A DNA stretch of 64,000 nucleotides from the NCBI GenBank assembly GCA_008632985.1, contig QPGO01000051.1, positions 124,001 through 188,000 on the forward strand, given 5' to 3'. Made by a program: the position numbers and the translations under genes. This document shows positions 13,201 to 25,603 of the stretch, one piece after another (position 1 is the stretch's first letter; every line of letters begins with the position of its first letter). The DNA comes from Psammoneis japonica. Taxonomy: Eukaryota. The notes beneath the pieces were generated by a model. The model was given only the letters and a program-made list of their open reading frames with translations. It made no database searches and was not told the origin of the DNA.

Positions 13201-14580
13201 AATGCTCCTGATCAGTTGACAGCCAAGTCCATTTTTGCACAAATTGTGAGATGTGACAGCTTTGGCACAAAAAAGGAGCAAACTCTGCAGAGGTCCATGA
13301 GCAACCACCACAACAGCAAGAACAAGCTTGTGTGGAAGTTTCTGTTTGCGCCGGCTGCAGCGTGAGGCAGCTTGGCAACAACCATCACAGAATGCAAGTC
13401 AGCTGGTCAATGTCTTGACACAAACTGTGGCGCCAATTTTTTTGACACTTCAGCAGCCATCAGGGAACTTGCACCTTGCTTCAAAAAGTGCTGGCTCCAC
13501 CCAGCAAACATTTGCCATGTGGACAATCTTCCTTGTGTCCTTCTTGCATGTCAAAAGACTGCATGTCCCTGTTGCCATCAAATCTCTTCATGCCTTCAAA
13601 AGCTTGCAGAGTCACCCCAGCTTCAAACAATTTGGCCTTTCTCAACACACACTTGTTTGAAGTTCCTTCAATGTCCCTCCATGACAACAAGCAACTCTCT
13701 CTTTGTTGTTGTCATTCAGCTTGGGTGTGTGCTGCCAAACTTTCTGCTGTGGAAAGCAACGGGCTTGTCATCCTGCAGAGCGCCAACCACAAACATGTGC
13801 TGGTTCTTTGCTGACTTCAAACAACTTGTCCTCAGTGGGCACCCAATCTCACATTTGGAAGTCTGGCCTGCAAGTCTTGCAAGTGGCGCCAAAGCTGCAG
13901 AGTGTCTTGGCCACACACAATGGGAGCAGCTCACCTCCCATGCCAACAAATGAGCCAAATTGTCACACCCATTGGTGGGCTTCACAAAAAGGCAAAAAAT
14001 CAACTGTGCTGCTGTCTTGCTGCTGCCCATGCCAATGACAACCATGGTGTGCACGCATCCCCAGCACCCAAAAGGGTGGCAGGAACAACTCAAGCACTGT
14101 CAGCAGCCACACCGTTGGGAAAACAATGCCCGTCATGCACGCCACAACAGTTTCAAGTTGAAATGGTGCCCAACTGGATGCTTGTTGCATGGCAAACCAG
14201 GTTGCTGTGCTTTGAAAAATGGACAAGCCCAGCCACGCCACATGGGAGCCACCAAAAACAAGCGCTGCAGAAAAGCCAAACCCTCGACCATCTCCAAAGA
14301 TGAAGCGTTTGAAAGTGCGAAAAATTCCCAGGGAGGAGAAGCACCCAAGAAAGCCCAACAATTGGAAGATGGCAGTCAGCAAGAGAAAATGCCACCATGT
14401 GCAGAGCTGCACAAGGAGTTTGTGCTGAAGCTGAGCAACGAGATGCAAAAGAGCACTCTTCAATGCGCTGATGTTTCTCAAATGAGAGCGTGCCACAAAA
14501 TCCCACCTTAAGATGCCAGACGACACTGCTCATGAGCTGAAAGTCTGTTTGCACCATTTCAGAGCCATCAATTGTTGACA
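7290..14580. other. TpA-depleted hypermutated domain 1 (degenerate TE/gene relics)
   Basis: Roughly 20 TA dinucleotides by eye in ~7.3 kb; TG/CA excess; CpG rare in the interior; six-frame ORFs almost Tyr-free and Cys/His-rich. Confidence 0.9.
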
Positions 14581-15216
14581 AGTCTACGTGTACAAGCTGC
14601 TCAAGCAATCAAGTGCCCTGGAGGTGGACCTGTGATGAAGCCTTGTGAGCCGCACACCCACGCCACCTGCCTCGCTCGCTGTCTCAGCCTTGCGCGCCGC
14701 CGCCCCGGACGGACGGAGTCGCATCATCATTGGTGTTGTAACGTCAGCAACAGACACTCCGCGTCCGAATTTCTGAAAGATGGCGATGACGTAAGCAAGG
14801 CAATATAGATTTCTTCTCTCAACGCATGTCTTTAATTGACGTGGCACATTTTGCGGGCACCTCAGCTTCGCCGCTGTCCACGTCTCACACAAAAACCAAT
14901 CTTCGAAAGTATTCTCGATTCGTGAAGAACACCGCAACGAAGCGGGAGAAAAGTTTAGCTTATTGACCCATCGGCGTTGGCTGCGTTGAATATGAACCCA
15001 TAACGGTCTCTAGGTCTATCGCATATTCATAAAAACTGCGATAGAAAAATCGAAATACATAGAGGAATTAAAATCAAAAAAGGCCGCGTCATACTGCGTC
15101 ACTCGAATCCTCTTCAACTTTGATGGGAATTGATTTCCAGATTAAACTCCAATGCAAACGTACCGTATCAAATAATTCACCAGATACTCTTAAAGGAGAA
15201 TCGATTTCTTTTCATC

Positions 15217-15717
15217 ATGGATACTGCCAAGAACATGAAAAATGGCAATAAACGACGAAGCATTATATTTGGTAATCGCAAGGCGTCTCCGTCTCCTCCA
15301 TCTACGCTTCAGCCGGTACCATACCCTTCTCGTCATGAAGAAAGGATTTTCGACAGTACCGATTATCAGTTTCAACGTGCGACCTCTAAGTATGAAGTAC
15401 CGATTCACCATGAGATGCAATCAATGATCTCTACGTCTTGCAGCAGTGACACTTCCACTTTGAGCACGATGTCGCCTCTTCTCTCCTCGTCGTACATGAA
15501 GAGCGCATGTCAAGCCTTGTGCAGTCTTGATACTCAAGGACATATCAAGGAAAAGGATTATCAGCAAGAGATTCAGGACTTGTGTCATCAGTCTCGTTCT
15601 GAAACTGACGATGACTGGGGGCACTTTGTCGACGTCCTCGCACCTGGGGAAGAGAATTTTCGTGGAAAGGGATTTCTACAGCGCCGTGGCATGGCGCATG
15701 GACCTCTATGGCATTGA
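15217..15717 (+). CDS. Hypothetical Ser-rich protein with DDDWGHFVD motif
   Basis: ATG at 15217. The C-terminal acidic DDDWGxFVD motif resembles small diatom hypothetical proteins. Confidence 0.5.
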   Translation: MDTAKNMKNGNKRRSIIFGNRKASPSPPSTLQPVPYPSRHEERIFDSTDYQFQRATSKYEVPIHHEMQSMISTSCSSDTSTLSTMSPLLSSSYMKSACQALCSLDTQGHIKEKDYQQEIQDLCHQSRSETDDDWGHFVDVLAPGEENFRGKGFLQRRGMAHGPLWH

Positions 15718-16762
15718 TGCTGTAGAAGTTGGAAGACCGCACGAAAGAAACAAAGTTACACGGTCAATCAGGACGACGGATATCGAAGTTCAAGCTGCCT
15801 CACGACACTGTGCTTTGCAGGCACCGTGGAACTCCAAAGACAGTCTTACACCGGCAATACGCAAGACACAAGTTTTCCCCAATAGATAGATGTATGTAGA
15901 TAGATAGATAGAGTTTCCTTTTTTACTTTTATAAAGTAGACGTCTACTGTCTTTATTCCTTACGGGCGAGTTCCGCGTCAGCAATAGATAATCTAGGATG
16001 TTGTCAACACGTTTTTGGGAAGCAAGTTTTTTTGCACACAAGGCTACAGAAGTTGTATCATGCGTGGGCACAATTAACGGCGAGAACCGTGCGAGGCAAG
16101 AATCAGTGTGAGTTACACTGAAAGGTCTAATACCTGCTGTCATTGACTTAAGTTTCGATGAAACTAAAGTGCCATCCTTGTGCTTTGTCGCTGTCCTTCA
16201 ATTGGAATTGTTCAAACCGAATAATCTCAGATCACCCTCTTCCAACCATCCCTCGATCACAACGAAGAAGAGACGCCATGCGGTGCTGTGCATAGAAGGA
16301 ACCTCCGCTTACGTAGCAAGTACAGCAAAATTCCTGTGATTCAATGGGAGGTCCGCGACGAGCTGTCAGATAGTCAAGAGACGAAGCGTTGAGACTTCGT
16401 GGAGTAGTATCGCATCTCATATGAACCATCATCTGAACCTTACAAAAACACATCCATAACCAATATGTCGGTATTTCACAGCGCCAAGGACGCTTGGATC
16501 TTGACCCTGGGATGAGCTATACCTGTCCTTCGGTCTTGCACATTCATGAACACCGTGAAACAAAACAGGGAACCCGCCGTCCACTGCACGACATTGGTTC
16601 TGGCCGTTCAAGGCTGCCAACTTTTTGTTCCTCTGAGTTGCCAGCGTTATTATTGACGGCGCCCCGTTGCGCTTGTTTCGCAGTCTTGTAGACAACCGAG
16701 GAAATTGAACGTTTTTGCCCAAAATTACAATGTAGTACTCATCGCAATTCTAAAGTCATTTG

Positions 16763-18623
16763 TCACAGCTTGGCGTCGGACGACTTTCGTTCCTGTCGTT
16801 TTACCTCGGCTTCCAGTACTCTTGTCCGCAAGTCTGGCGGCAGCTTTTTCACGACACGTTCGAGGAATCGCTTTCCTTTGCCTTTACCCCATTTTTTGAG
16901 CAGAGTAGCTACATGCCGCAATCGGATCTTCTCGTCTGTATCCTCAGCGACAACGGCTGCGGCCGCAACTTCTTTGCCCCACAGCGGAAGGACAGGTTCG
17001 GAAGCAGCATCGATTGTCAGCGCGCACCCTGCACTCCACTTTTCGGCAAGAGAAAATGGAACGTCCAGGCGTTTGGCAATGCCTTTGAGCAGCACTGTAG
17101 CTCGTCCAAGCAAAACGAGTTCTTGAGGGAACGATGCGACTAGTTTGATGGGTGACATGTCGTCTAGCTCATTGGTGGAATAACCGCCGGGGAGTTCCTG
17201 CTCAGCGTCTCCAAACAGAAAAAGTGCAACCGCACATGCCAGATCCATATCGTCTTGCTTTTCTTCTACAAGCTGAACGCCAAAGCGTAGTACCAAGTCA
17301 GCTAGCTTCTTTTTACTTGCCGCTTTGTCAGCGGCCTCTTGGTATTCGGCTACTGCCAAAACAACCTCGGCAAGCTGCAAGCGCTGTTTTCGTGTAGCCG
17401 ACTTGAACTGACCACAGTCGATGAGCGAAACCTTTCCTCCTTCGCCAACAAAGATATTTCTGTATGGAAAGGAGAGAAAACGTTGGATGTGAGCCTTGAT
17501 GAAAGATGCCAAACTATCGCCAGATACGCCATACTCACCCGGGGTGCGGGTCACCATGTATAAACCCACTGCCGAAAATCATACGACCAAAGGCAAGGGA
17601 GAGCGAATCCAAAATTCGACGACCAGCCAATTTTGATTCAGGAGAACCAGGTTGAATGCCTTTCTTCTCCAAGGTCTCCTTCAATCTGTTCAAGGGTACA
17701 CCTTCGACAAAATCCATCACCAAGACACGTTTCGAAACGAGTTCTCCAACGGGAAGAGGTATCGTGACAGGCCGCTCCGTAGGCGTGCCATCTGTGGAGT
17801 GAGAGACTGCAAAATCAATCTTTCTCATGGCTTGGGCTTCACTAAGAAAATCTAGCTCGTTGACAAGGGCGTCCCCCAGTTCACAAAAGACTGTGTAATA
17901 GTCAACTGGTAACGACTTGGCAAGAGCTTTGCTGATTCGTTTCAGGTTTGCGACATCTCCCAACAATTTGGGTTCCACGTTTGGCCTCTGTAGCTTGACG
18001 GCAACCACTCTACCATCCAATAGCGTAGCACGATGGACCTGAGCAATCGAAGCAGACCCCAACGGTTCCTCCTCAAAGGTTGCAAACAGCTCCGACAGGG
18101 GTGCCCCATCAAGCAGTTCTTGCGACACAACCTTTTCAACCAGCTCAAATGGCATGGGCTCTAGGCCATCCTGCAGCGCCTGTAGTTTACTTGTATAAGC
18201 CTCTGGAAACAAGTCGACTCGTGTGCTAATCACTTGTCCCGTCTTTACGTAAAATCCCTTCATGTCTTGAATTGTTTCAGCGATACGTGTCGAACCCCAT
18301 TCATCGAGATCTTTCCAAATCTGTTCTTCCTCGGCACTGTCAATGTCTTTCTTGAGAGCTTCCCTTTGAAACTTAAGTTCCAGCTCTTTGGCCTTGTACG
18401 CAGCTAGAACAGGAAGGACTCGCTTGTAAAATTCAATCGCACGTTTTGTTCTTTGCACGGGTGTCAAGGGAGGAGGAAAGTCTGCCTCCTGGATCACTTG
18501 TTCGGTTGAGCGCAACGAGGTGGCTTTTGGGCGCGCAAACATTTCCCCACCAGCCCCCTGGAAGGAAAAGGCAGCGGAATAGGAACCGAGACACAAAACT
18601 AAGGCAAAGACGGAGGTTTTCAT
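16763..18623 (-). CDS. ABC1/UbiB (ABC1K) atypical kinase, probably plastid-targeted; intron 17460-17538
   Basis: KGFYVKTGQ, PLGSASIAQVHRA, VAVKLQRP, ELDFLSE and HGDPHPG|NIF joined across a GT-AG intron, then LIDCGQ. Signal peptide ends SAAF. Confidence 0.9.
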
Positions 18624-18868
18624 GGTCTTACAGTTTACAGGAGAGTTGTCAAGAGACGCAACATCAAACTGTGATGTTTTGATGCGATGTCATGTGCGTG
18701 AAAAAAGATTTTCAATTTGATGGAAACTGAAAACTAAAAACACAGAACACACGTCAGGGATCTTTGACTAATCGGACTAAACGTTAGAGTTTTGGTCGCG
18801 CATCGCCGCGCGATCCTTATTCTCTCGCTCATTTTTTCACTTTTCTTGAAGCCGTCGAGAGCATCACC

Positions 18869-20268
18869 ATGACAGAACATCCTGTTATTCCTAAGGATTC
18901 ACGAAGCGACAATGCCGCCTTATGGATTACCTACGTCAATATTATTCTGTACGCGCTGTGTTTCCAACTTCAACGCCCCGTCGAGCCTTTTCTGATCAAG
19001 AGTCTCGGTCATGATTCCGATGTGACAAAAACGTACGGCGTGCTTCAGTCTTTCTTTTCCACCATTCAAACGATTGGATCGCCTCTTGTCGGAATTCTGT
19101 TGGACCGAGTTGGTATTCGAAAAACTTCTGCAGCGGTTTTCTTGGCATCAGCTTTGTCCTATGCTATTTTGGCAAGTGCCACTGACTTGAAGTTGCTCTT
19201 TCTCTCCAAAGTACCTACAGCGTTGCAACATGCCTTTTTAGTGGCACAAGCCACAGCAGCCACATCTACCGGAGATAACGCTGCCGCTAGAGCACAAGCA
19301 TTAGGACGCATGACGACGGCTTATACCATTGGGGCCACGATTGGCCCTGCTATGGGTGGGTATCTAGTTGAGGAGATGAACGATTTATTTCTAGGCGCTC
19401 GATTGGCCGTGGTTGGTTCCTTGCTTTCCGTAGTCTTATCGATTGTCTACTTGCCAGACGCAAAAGATACCTCCTCAGATTCTTCATCCTCTTCCACCAA
19501 GATTCACTCACAAACTTCTTTTATGGACGACGTGCGAAACTCTATAAAGATTGCTTCCAGGTCTCACTTGTGGCCCTTGCTCGTGGTCAAGGTCGTCGGT
19601 GGGATTGCCGCCTCGATGCATTCGACGGCTCTTCCCTTGGTATTGACAGAAAAGCTCAAGCTTGATCCATCTCATTTGGGATTGACAATGTCGTGCAGCA
19701 TGTTTAGTGTTGCAGCCTTTGGTGCCGTGGCAATGGCGCCGCTCACTGCAACAATGGGACCTGCCGGCATGACAACGGCTGGCTTGTCGATTCGAGTCAT
19801 GACGACCATTGCCATGGCTGCAGTCATTGGGACTGCCAATCCCGGAAACTCTCTTGGGCGTATCCTTGTAGTGTCGGTTCTGCATGCCTTGGCTTCGCAT
19901 GTCTTGGCTACGGGACTAACGACTCAAACTACCGGAGCTGTGTCAAAGCACGAACAAGGATCGTTGTTGGGCTTGGAACATGGACTCTTTAGCCTTGCGA
20001 GAATCGGTAAGTCATCATTGATGCTCCTCGTTTCTGTTTGGGGACGTTTACTCACACGTTTGATACTGCTTTTTGACCTGACACAGGAGGACCACCATTG
20101 GGTGCAGCGTTGCTCACACTTGGAGCAGGAGGATTCGGGCCAGTGGCCGCGTGTTCTGCTGCTGTCGATATCTTCTTGATTGTGTCTCTTGATGTGTTTC
20201 GCAAGCGTCGTGGGAGGAACTCCTCAGTTCAGAGCCATCTCTCAAGGGACAGTGAGCATTCCGATTGA
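18869..20268 (+). CDS. MFS transporter (SLC22A18/TetA-like); intron 20007-20086
   Basis: Multiple TM helices; motif A (GILLDRVGIRK); GATIGPAMGG. Splicing restores ARIGGPPLG and a stop at 20268. Confidence 0.88.
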
Positions 20269-20474
20269 CGAAGTGCATAAGCTGCTTCACAAACGGCGAC
20301 CTACGGGCAAGCGTACTGTCCTACCGTTATGTTTGTTACAAACTCACAAAGAAGAAGACCGTTTCATACGAAATCATATGCATTATTGTTACTACCGGGA
20401 GTTGACGCGCTTGCCCCTTGACAAGCCCGTTAATGAAAGAACCTTACCTCCGGCAACCCTTACGGTCTGTCTGC

Positions 20475-22139
20475 TTAGCTCATCGTTGTCTCCAAGGCCG
20501 TCTCTTTTACCTTCTTTTGGACCTTCTGGAGGCGACGCTGCTCCTTCTTGCACTTCCTGTCGAAGTTTTCTTTCAATTCTTCCAAGTGAGCAGTGTGCTT
20601 GTCGTGAGATGCATTACACTTCTTCTTGTAAGTTCGCTTGAGCGCCTTGATCGATGCCTTGTCATTATTCAAAGCGGACTCCTCATCAAACTTTTTCTTT
20701 GCGTCAGCCAGGCGCTCTTGGTTCATGATATGGGCTGCCTTACGCTTCTGCTTGTAGCGGTCCTTCAACTTCTCCATTTTGGCCTTGAACTGTTTCTCGG
20801 CTTCGGCAAGTGTTTCCTTTGCAGTCTTGGGGGGCGGCTCGATCTTTGTGCTTTCCTCAATCGCAGGCTCGGTCGTTGAAGACTTGAACCGTTTCGCTTT
20901 GCCGCCACGCTCGGTCTTTTCAGACCTGGACCTTTTCGATTTGCCTCCGTCCATGCGTCCTTTAATCGGTGGTTGGATTGATGGTACATCTTGCGAGGGG
21001 ACAGTTGGACCTTCTTCGCGGAGGGCCGGCACGGTAGAGCTTGGTGGTTGCTCAGGCGAGACGTTCTTCTCAAGCTTTCGCTTCTTCGGCTGTGTCCCTT
21101 CCGGCTCATGTGAAGATTTATCTGGCGAGCTTGCTCCTTCGGGGTCAATGTCTCTGCTGCGTTTCTTGCTGGTATCTTTGTCATGGAGTTGACTGGTCTT
21201 AGAACGCTTGTAGTCCTGCTCCGGGTGTTTGCTGTCATCATCGATGACAGGTTGGTGGATCACCGTCTGCTTCAAAGCAAGAGTGTCGCCTTGGTCTTCG
21301 AGAGCATCCACGCCGGAATGCACGCCCAAGATTACGCCTCTGGTAGGCCCAATATGGGCAATGGCACGCTCCTCCTGCTCTCGGATATTAGTAGGTGGGA
21401 TCATCACCGCCGTCTTCAAAGCATGAATGTTTGCTTGGTCTTCGTGATGCTCTCTCTCAAGCCGAAGAAGGAAATCATCAATCTCCTTCATATCCACGCC
21501 GGGATCTTCGTCTTCGTTTTCTGAGACAACTTCGCTGGTAGCAACGGCGCTCTCGTCCTGCTCTCGGAGAGGTGGGGTCGTCTCCGTCTTCATAGCGAGA
21601 GTGTCGCTCTGGACTTTATGGTGATCTCGCTTGAGGAAATCAACAGTCCCCCTTATTTCCACGCCGGAATCTTCGTCGTCGTTTGCCGAGACAACCTCTC
21701 CGGCAGCAGGCCCACTACGAGCAACGGCGTTTTCGTCCTGATCTCGGACAGGTGGGCTCGTCACCGTTGTCTTTATAGTGACAGTTTTACCTTGGTCCTC
21801 GGGATGCTCTCGCTCAACCTGCGGAGGGAAATCATCGACCTCGTTCGTATCCATGTCGGGACTCTCGTCGTCGTTCGCCGCGACAACGTCTTGAGACCGA
21901 TTAGAAGCAACGGCATCCTCAGCTGCCACAAAAGGACGAGATTCTTTGCTTGCGAGCCCTTCGACGCTGGCTTGAGAGATCCGCTTGATACCAAAGTTTG
22001 GAATTTCAACGGTTACCATCTTGGCGTGAACTTTTACGACTTTGGCTTGATTGTACTCGTACGCTCCCTTGACAATGTTGACGTACTGACCCTCCGAGAG
22101 CTTCGGTCTAGGTCTACCACCTTTGCTTTTGATAGCCAT
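20475..22139 (-). CDS. Hypothetical protein: KOW-like N-terminus, 3-4 internal ~60-aa acidic repeats, coiled-coil C-terminus
   Basis: GQYVNIVKGAY..AKVVKV (KOW-like); repeated VVxxNDDE...DF...EH..DQ...KT...PP.R.Q.E.A.A units; basic NLS-like stretches. Confidence 0.6.
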   Translation of the reverse strand: MAIKSKGGRPRPKLSEGQYVNIVKGAYEYNQAKVVKVHAKMVTVEIPNFGIKRISQASVEGLASKESRPFVAAEDAVASNRSQDVVAANDDESPDMDTNEVDDFPPQVEREHPEDQGKTVTIKTTVTSPPVRDQDENAVARSGPAAGEVVSANDDEDSGVEIRGTVDFLKRDHHKVQSDTLAMKTETTPPLREQDESAVATSEVVSENEDEDPGVDMKEIDDFLLRLEREHHEDQANIHALKTAVMIPPTNIREQEERAIAHIGPTRGVILGVHSGVDALEDQGDTLALKQTVIHQPVIDDDSKHPEQDYKRSKTSQLHDKDTSKKRSRDIDPEGASSPDKSSHEPEGTQPKKRKLEKNVSPEQPPSSTVPALREEGPTVPSQDVPSIQPPIKGRMDGGKSKRSRSEKTERGGKAKRFKSSTTEPAIEESTKIEPPPKTAKETLAEAEKQFKAKMEKLKDRYKQKRKAAHIMNQERLADAKKKFDEESALNNDKASIKALKRTYKKKCNASHDKHTAHLEELKENFDRKCKKEQRRLQKVQKKVKETALETTMS

Positions 22140-22470
22140 GGTTGATGATTAAAACTCGTTATATGACGACTGCGAGCGCTTCGATGTTCCTAGCTTCTTC
22201 TTTGTGTTGTTTCGAAAATTGTGAATGAGAAAAGCGCTTTGGATTTTGCGGAATAGATCCGTTACCTTCAAAATATAAACTTCCCTCGTCAATGAGTAAT
22301 ATTATATAAAGACATTTCCAGTATGACGTCAGAGACGTTATTCGTGCTCCTTGCGATGGTATCTTTCATTTTCGAGCTCGCAACATGTGGATTTTGAGGA
22401 CTTTGAACTTTTTCTTGCTTCGGTGTCACAATGGCGCTGCGAGAGAATTCGACTTTCGTCTGATTGAGCA

Positions 22471-23031
22471 ATGTCACGCAAAGAAGGCAAAAAGCCCACG
22501 ACAGTCTTGGAAAAGATTATATATGCTATTCGCAATCAGCCGCAGACCGCAAACGGTGTGTCTCGAGCAGCTATTGCAAAATACCTCAAGAACGAACTCG
22601 ACTATGATAACGCTCGAGCGTTGAAGACAGCTCTGAAGAAAGGTGTTGATTCAAATAAGCTGATTCAAACTGGCCAGAGCTTTCGCGTTGCAGGTGACAA
22701 AGTAGTAGTACCGAAAGAGGCAAAGGTAGACATGGAGGATATAAAAGAAGGCAAGGGAACTGAGGCTTCACGAGGCGATACCGTCGTCGTCAAGTACGAG
22801 GGAAAGTTGGAAGACGGAACAGTGTTTGATGCAGCAAACTCCTTTGAATTTACATTGGGAGCCGGAGATGTGATAAAAGGATGGGATATTGGGGTTGCCG
22901 GGATGAAGATCGGAGGGAAACGAAAGCTCCATGTTCCTTCAAAGCTTGCGTACGGCAAAAGGGGAAGCTCTCCCGACATACCGCCGAACTCTGACTTGGA
23001 CTTTGTAGTCACGCTTAAGGCCATAAAGTAA
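22471..23031 (+). CDS. Linker-histone H1 (H15) globular domain fused to an FKBP-type peptidyl-prolyl isomerase
   Basis: IIYAIR...GVSRAAIAKYL...LKTALKKGV...LIQTGQSFRV (H15-like), then GDTVVVKYEGKLEDGTVFD...FTLGAGDVIKGWD...LAYGKRG...IPPNSDL (FKBP). Confidence 0.9.
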   Translation: MSRKEGKKPTTVLEKIIYAIRNQPQTANGVSRAAIAKYLKNELDYDNARALKTALKKGVDSNKLIQTGQSFRVAGDKVVVPKEAKVDMEDIKEGKGTEASRGDTVVVKYEGKLEDGTVFDAANSFEFTLGAGDVIKGWDIGVAGMKIGGKRKLHVPSKLAYGKRGSSPDIPPNSDLDFVVTLKAIK

Positions 23032-23221
23032 GAGAAAGTCGAAAGCTAAATAATGGGATAGAGGGTGGTCGAAGCACCATACTCCACACTATGCGAAACT
23101 CAGAAAGAGGAACATGAATTCGCAACAACACACGTATGTTCCGTAGTTGGAAAAAAGTCCAGAAAAAATGCGCAAGAGCCACCTATATTCTACATTTCTC
23201 ATACCAGGTCGAACATGCTCT

Positions 23222-25264
23222 TTACGCTTGCTTTACGGTCGTCTTCGATTCGTCGGCGTCGGCACTGTCAAAAAATTTCGCCCTTTTGACACTACCACAG
23301 CCAGCGGCATATGCCGCATCTCCTCTGAATGCACAAGCCGTTCCTTCCCTACGCGCAGCTTCCTTTCGCTGTTGATAGTTGGCATAAATATCTCCAACGC
23401 CACCCATATTACCGTTGCTTGGCTTGTGTCCACATTGCCAATCGAGATCGGCGCAGTCCGGAGGTGGAGGAGGACCATCCTGATATCCTATCGCCTCGAG
23501 CCAGTTACCAGGGTAACCGGGCTTGTCTGTGACCTGAGGTTCCTTTGTGGTGGCACCTGCAACATCATACTCTCGAGGTGGTGTTGATGTGCTCATTGGT
23601 CCTGTGGTCCCATGTATCATGCCATCGGCGTACTTGAACATGAGGTGATCACACAAATCCCAAGTCTTTGAGACAATGCTCTCAGCATTCTCTGCATAAA
23701 GATTGAGAATCTCGTCTTTGGGAGAATCAGCCTCTGCCAGAAGATTATCCACAAGAGACTGTAGCTCCAAATTTTCTTGAAGCATGGCACTCTGAAAACT
23801 TGCAACCTCCTTCATCATGATATTCCATTTCAACTGGACATAATTTCCGAGGAAACGATTGGCCCAAAAAAGTGTCGCCTTGTTCAAAGTCATGTGATGA
23901 CCGAGGGTCGCGTTTGGTAGGAACGTCATACCCGACGCAAAGGGAGTGTAGACAGTATAAGGGGCAGCATAAGCGCCAAACCACAGTGCTCCCTGTTTGG
24001 AATCCGATCGACTCTGTGAGATGTACGTGTCTGACGATCTGTACAAACCAATTGTTCGTTCCCAGTTGCCAGCTATACCGTGCCGATTCAAACCGTTCGG
24101 CATTGCTGTGCTGTTGCCACCTCCAACATGGTCTGGGCTCTTCCAGGGGCCTCCAGGAAGAATCGTTGCTCCATCTCCAGCCTGAGAGTATTCTGTACCT
24201 TGGTAAAAATAACGCATGGCCTCTGCTACGGCTGCGAGCGAAATCTTTTTGTCCGGCTTGGCGGCAAAGGGATACGGCTTGGAAATTCTCCATTCAATGT
24301 ACTCAGCCGAAAGGTCCAGAGAGGGCGCAAACAAATGAAAGATGCCCCATGATCTGCGACCCGAGTAGTATTTGTTTGCGTACTCCCCATCGGAATAAAC
24401 GGCGGTAAAGTCGAGAAGCCCGTCGCTTTCCGACCACCATCCAAGATCTTGAGCTACAGAGTACACGCTGTCTGAAAACATAAAGTTTCCATTGTCTGCA
24501 TCTGCGTCATTTGTGTCAATTTCTCGAATAATAAATGCATTTGGTACCACAGCAAAACTGTCATCCGGTACTCGCTGTGCCGCCCAAATGGCTGACGTTC
24601 CCGTCGGGTCGGGCAGAACGTGGAATACCCAAGCTTCATCAACATCTGTCACAATCAAACTCTCGGCTGATCCTTCAAAGAGACCCGCTCCATAAAAGCC
24701 CATTTCCTCTGCCAGAGCTCCAATTTCTTTGATTGCATCTCTGGCTCGGTCGTGTCGTTCCATTGCAATCTGAGTGAGAGCGTCAATGGAAAAACACGCC
24801 TTGCCCGTTCCGTCGTATCCGTCACCAACCGTGTTTATGGGGGCTGCTCCAAAGACTCCAGAGCACGTACTCTCGGCAATTCCTAGTTGCTTTTCATTGT
24901 GAGCGCCATAGGTCTCTTCAAAATACTGATACGTATGAGGAACTTGAGGAATTTCACAAATTCTATTGAAAGGCTTCTGCCCCTGAGAAGCTTTGTAAGC
25001 TGGAATCGGATCTACAGAACGTTCGGTACCGACATATCTGGGATAATCTTCAGGAGAGAAAAAGACGGGACGCATGGTACCTTCAGGCCAGTCGGCAGCA
25101 GGGATGAAAACGAGGCGAGGATCAGTAGCTCCTTCACCATCGTTGGAGTGCGAGCACATGACCGATCCATCAGCTGATGCTCCTTTGCCAACGGCGATAG
25201 TTGTGCAAGCTCCAGCAGATGCCCATAGTAAGCAAAACTCAGAGAGAAGGAACGTTTTGTGCAT
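23222..25264 (-). CDS. Secreted peptidase family C69 (dipeptidase/secernin-like Ntn hydrolase)
   Basis: Signal peptide followed by the nucleophile motif AC-TT (CTTIAVGKGASADGS); NEKQLGIAEST; WAAQRVPDD; YYSGRRSW. Confidence 0.88.
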   Translation of the reverse strand: MHKTFLLSEFCLLWASAGACTTIAVGKGASADGSVMCSHSNDGEGATDPRLVFIPAADWPEGTMRPVFFSPEDYPRYVGTERSVDPIPAYKASQGQKPFNRICEIPQVPHTYQYFEETYGAHNEKQLGIAESTCSGVFGAAPINTVGDGYDGTGKACFSIDALTQIAMERHDRARDAIKEIGALAEEMGFYGAGLFEGSAESLIVTDVDEAWVFHVLPDPTGTSAIWAAQRVPDDSFAVVPNAFIIREIDTNDADADNGNFMFSDSVYSVAQDLGWWSESDGLLDFTAVYSDGEYANKYYSGRRSWGIFHLFAPSLDLSAEYIEWRISKPYPFAAKPDKKISLAAVAEAMRYFYQGTEYSQAGDGATILPGGPWKSPDHVGGGNSTAMPNGLNRHGIAGNWERTIGLYRSSDTYISQSRSDSKQGALWFGAYAAPYTVYTPFASGMTFLPNATLGHHMTLNKATLFWANRFLGNYVQLKWNIMMKEVASFQSAMLQENLELQSLVDNLLAEADSPKDEILNLYAENAESIVSKTWDLCDHLMFKYADGMIHGTTGPMSTSTPPREYDVAGATTKEPQVTDKPGYPGNWLEAIGYQDGPPPPPDCADLDWQCGHKPSNGNMGGVGDIYANYQQRKEAARREGTACAFRGDAAYAAGCGSVKRAKFFDSADADESKTTVKQA

Positions 25265-25603
25265 GGCTCTTCTGACTTTTATCTGTGATGCCTCGCGATG
25301 ATTGTTGCTTGCCGCTGTCACCTCGCCATTGCCATCGACGCACTGAGCACGTCGCATCGCCAATACTAACGCCAAACCGAACTTTCAGACACAAGAACAC
25401 ATACAGACATAAGGACAACTTCCTAGCTAGAGTACGGTACTGTACTGTGGCGCTAGCTACTACTCTAGAACTACCTTCGCTTCAGCAAGTTCACATGGCT
25501 TGCTCTAGAACATAAGCTCACATGGCTTGCTCTAGAACATGGAGTAGTGCCTAAACTGTAAGAAGTGACGTCCTATTCTTTTACGTTGAGTCACTCAGAG
25601 TCC

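Noticed and set aside
13730..13800. QDDKPVAFHSRK (minus strand), resembling Ty3/gypsy RNase H 'GKPVAFYSRK'
   Set aside because: No upstream DAS motif, RT core, integrase or LTRs could be recognised, so one short motif is insufficient.
7162..14808. Numerous 60-360 aa Cys/His-rich ORFs in the TpA-depleted domains
   Set aside because: They arise from loss of TAA/TAG stops and are not credible metal-binding proteins.
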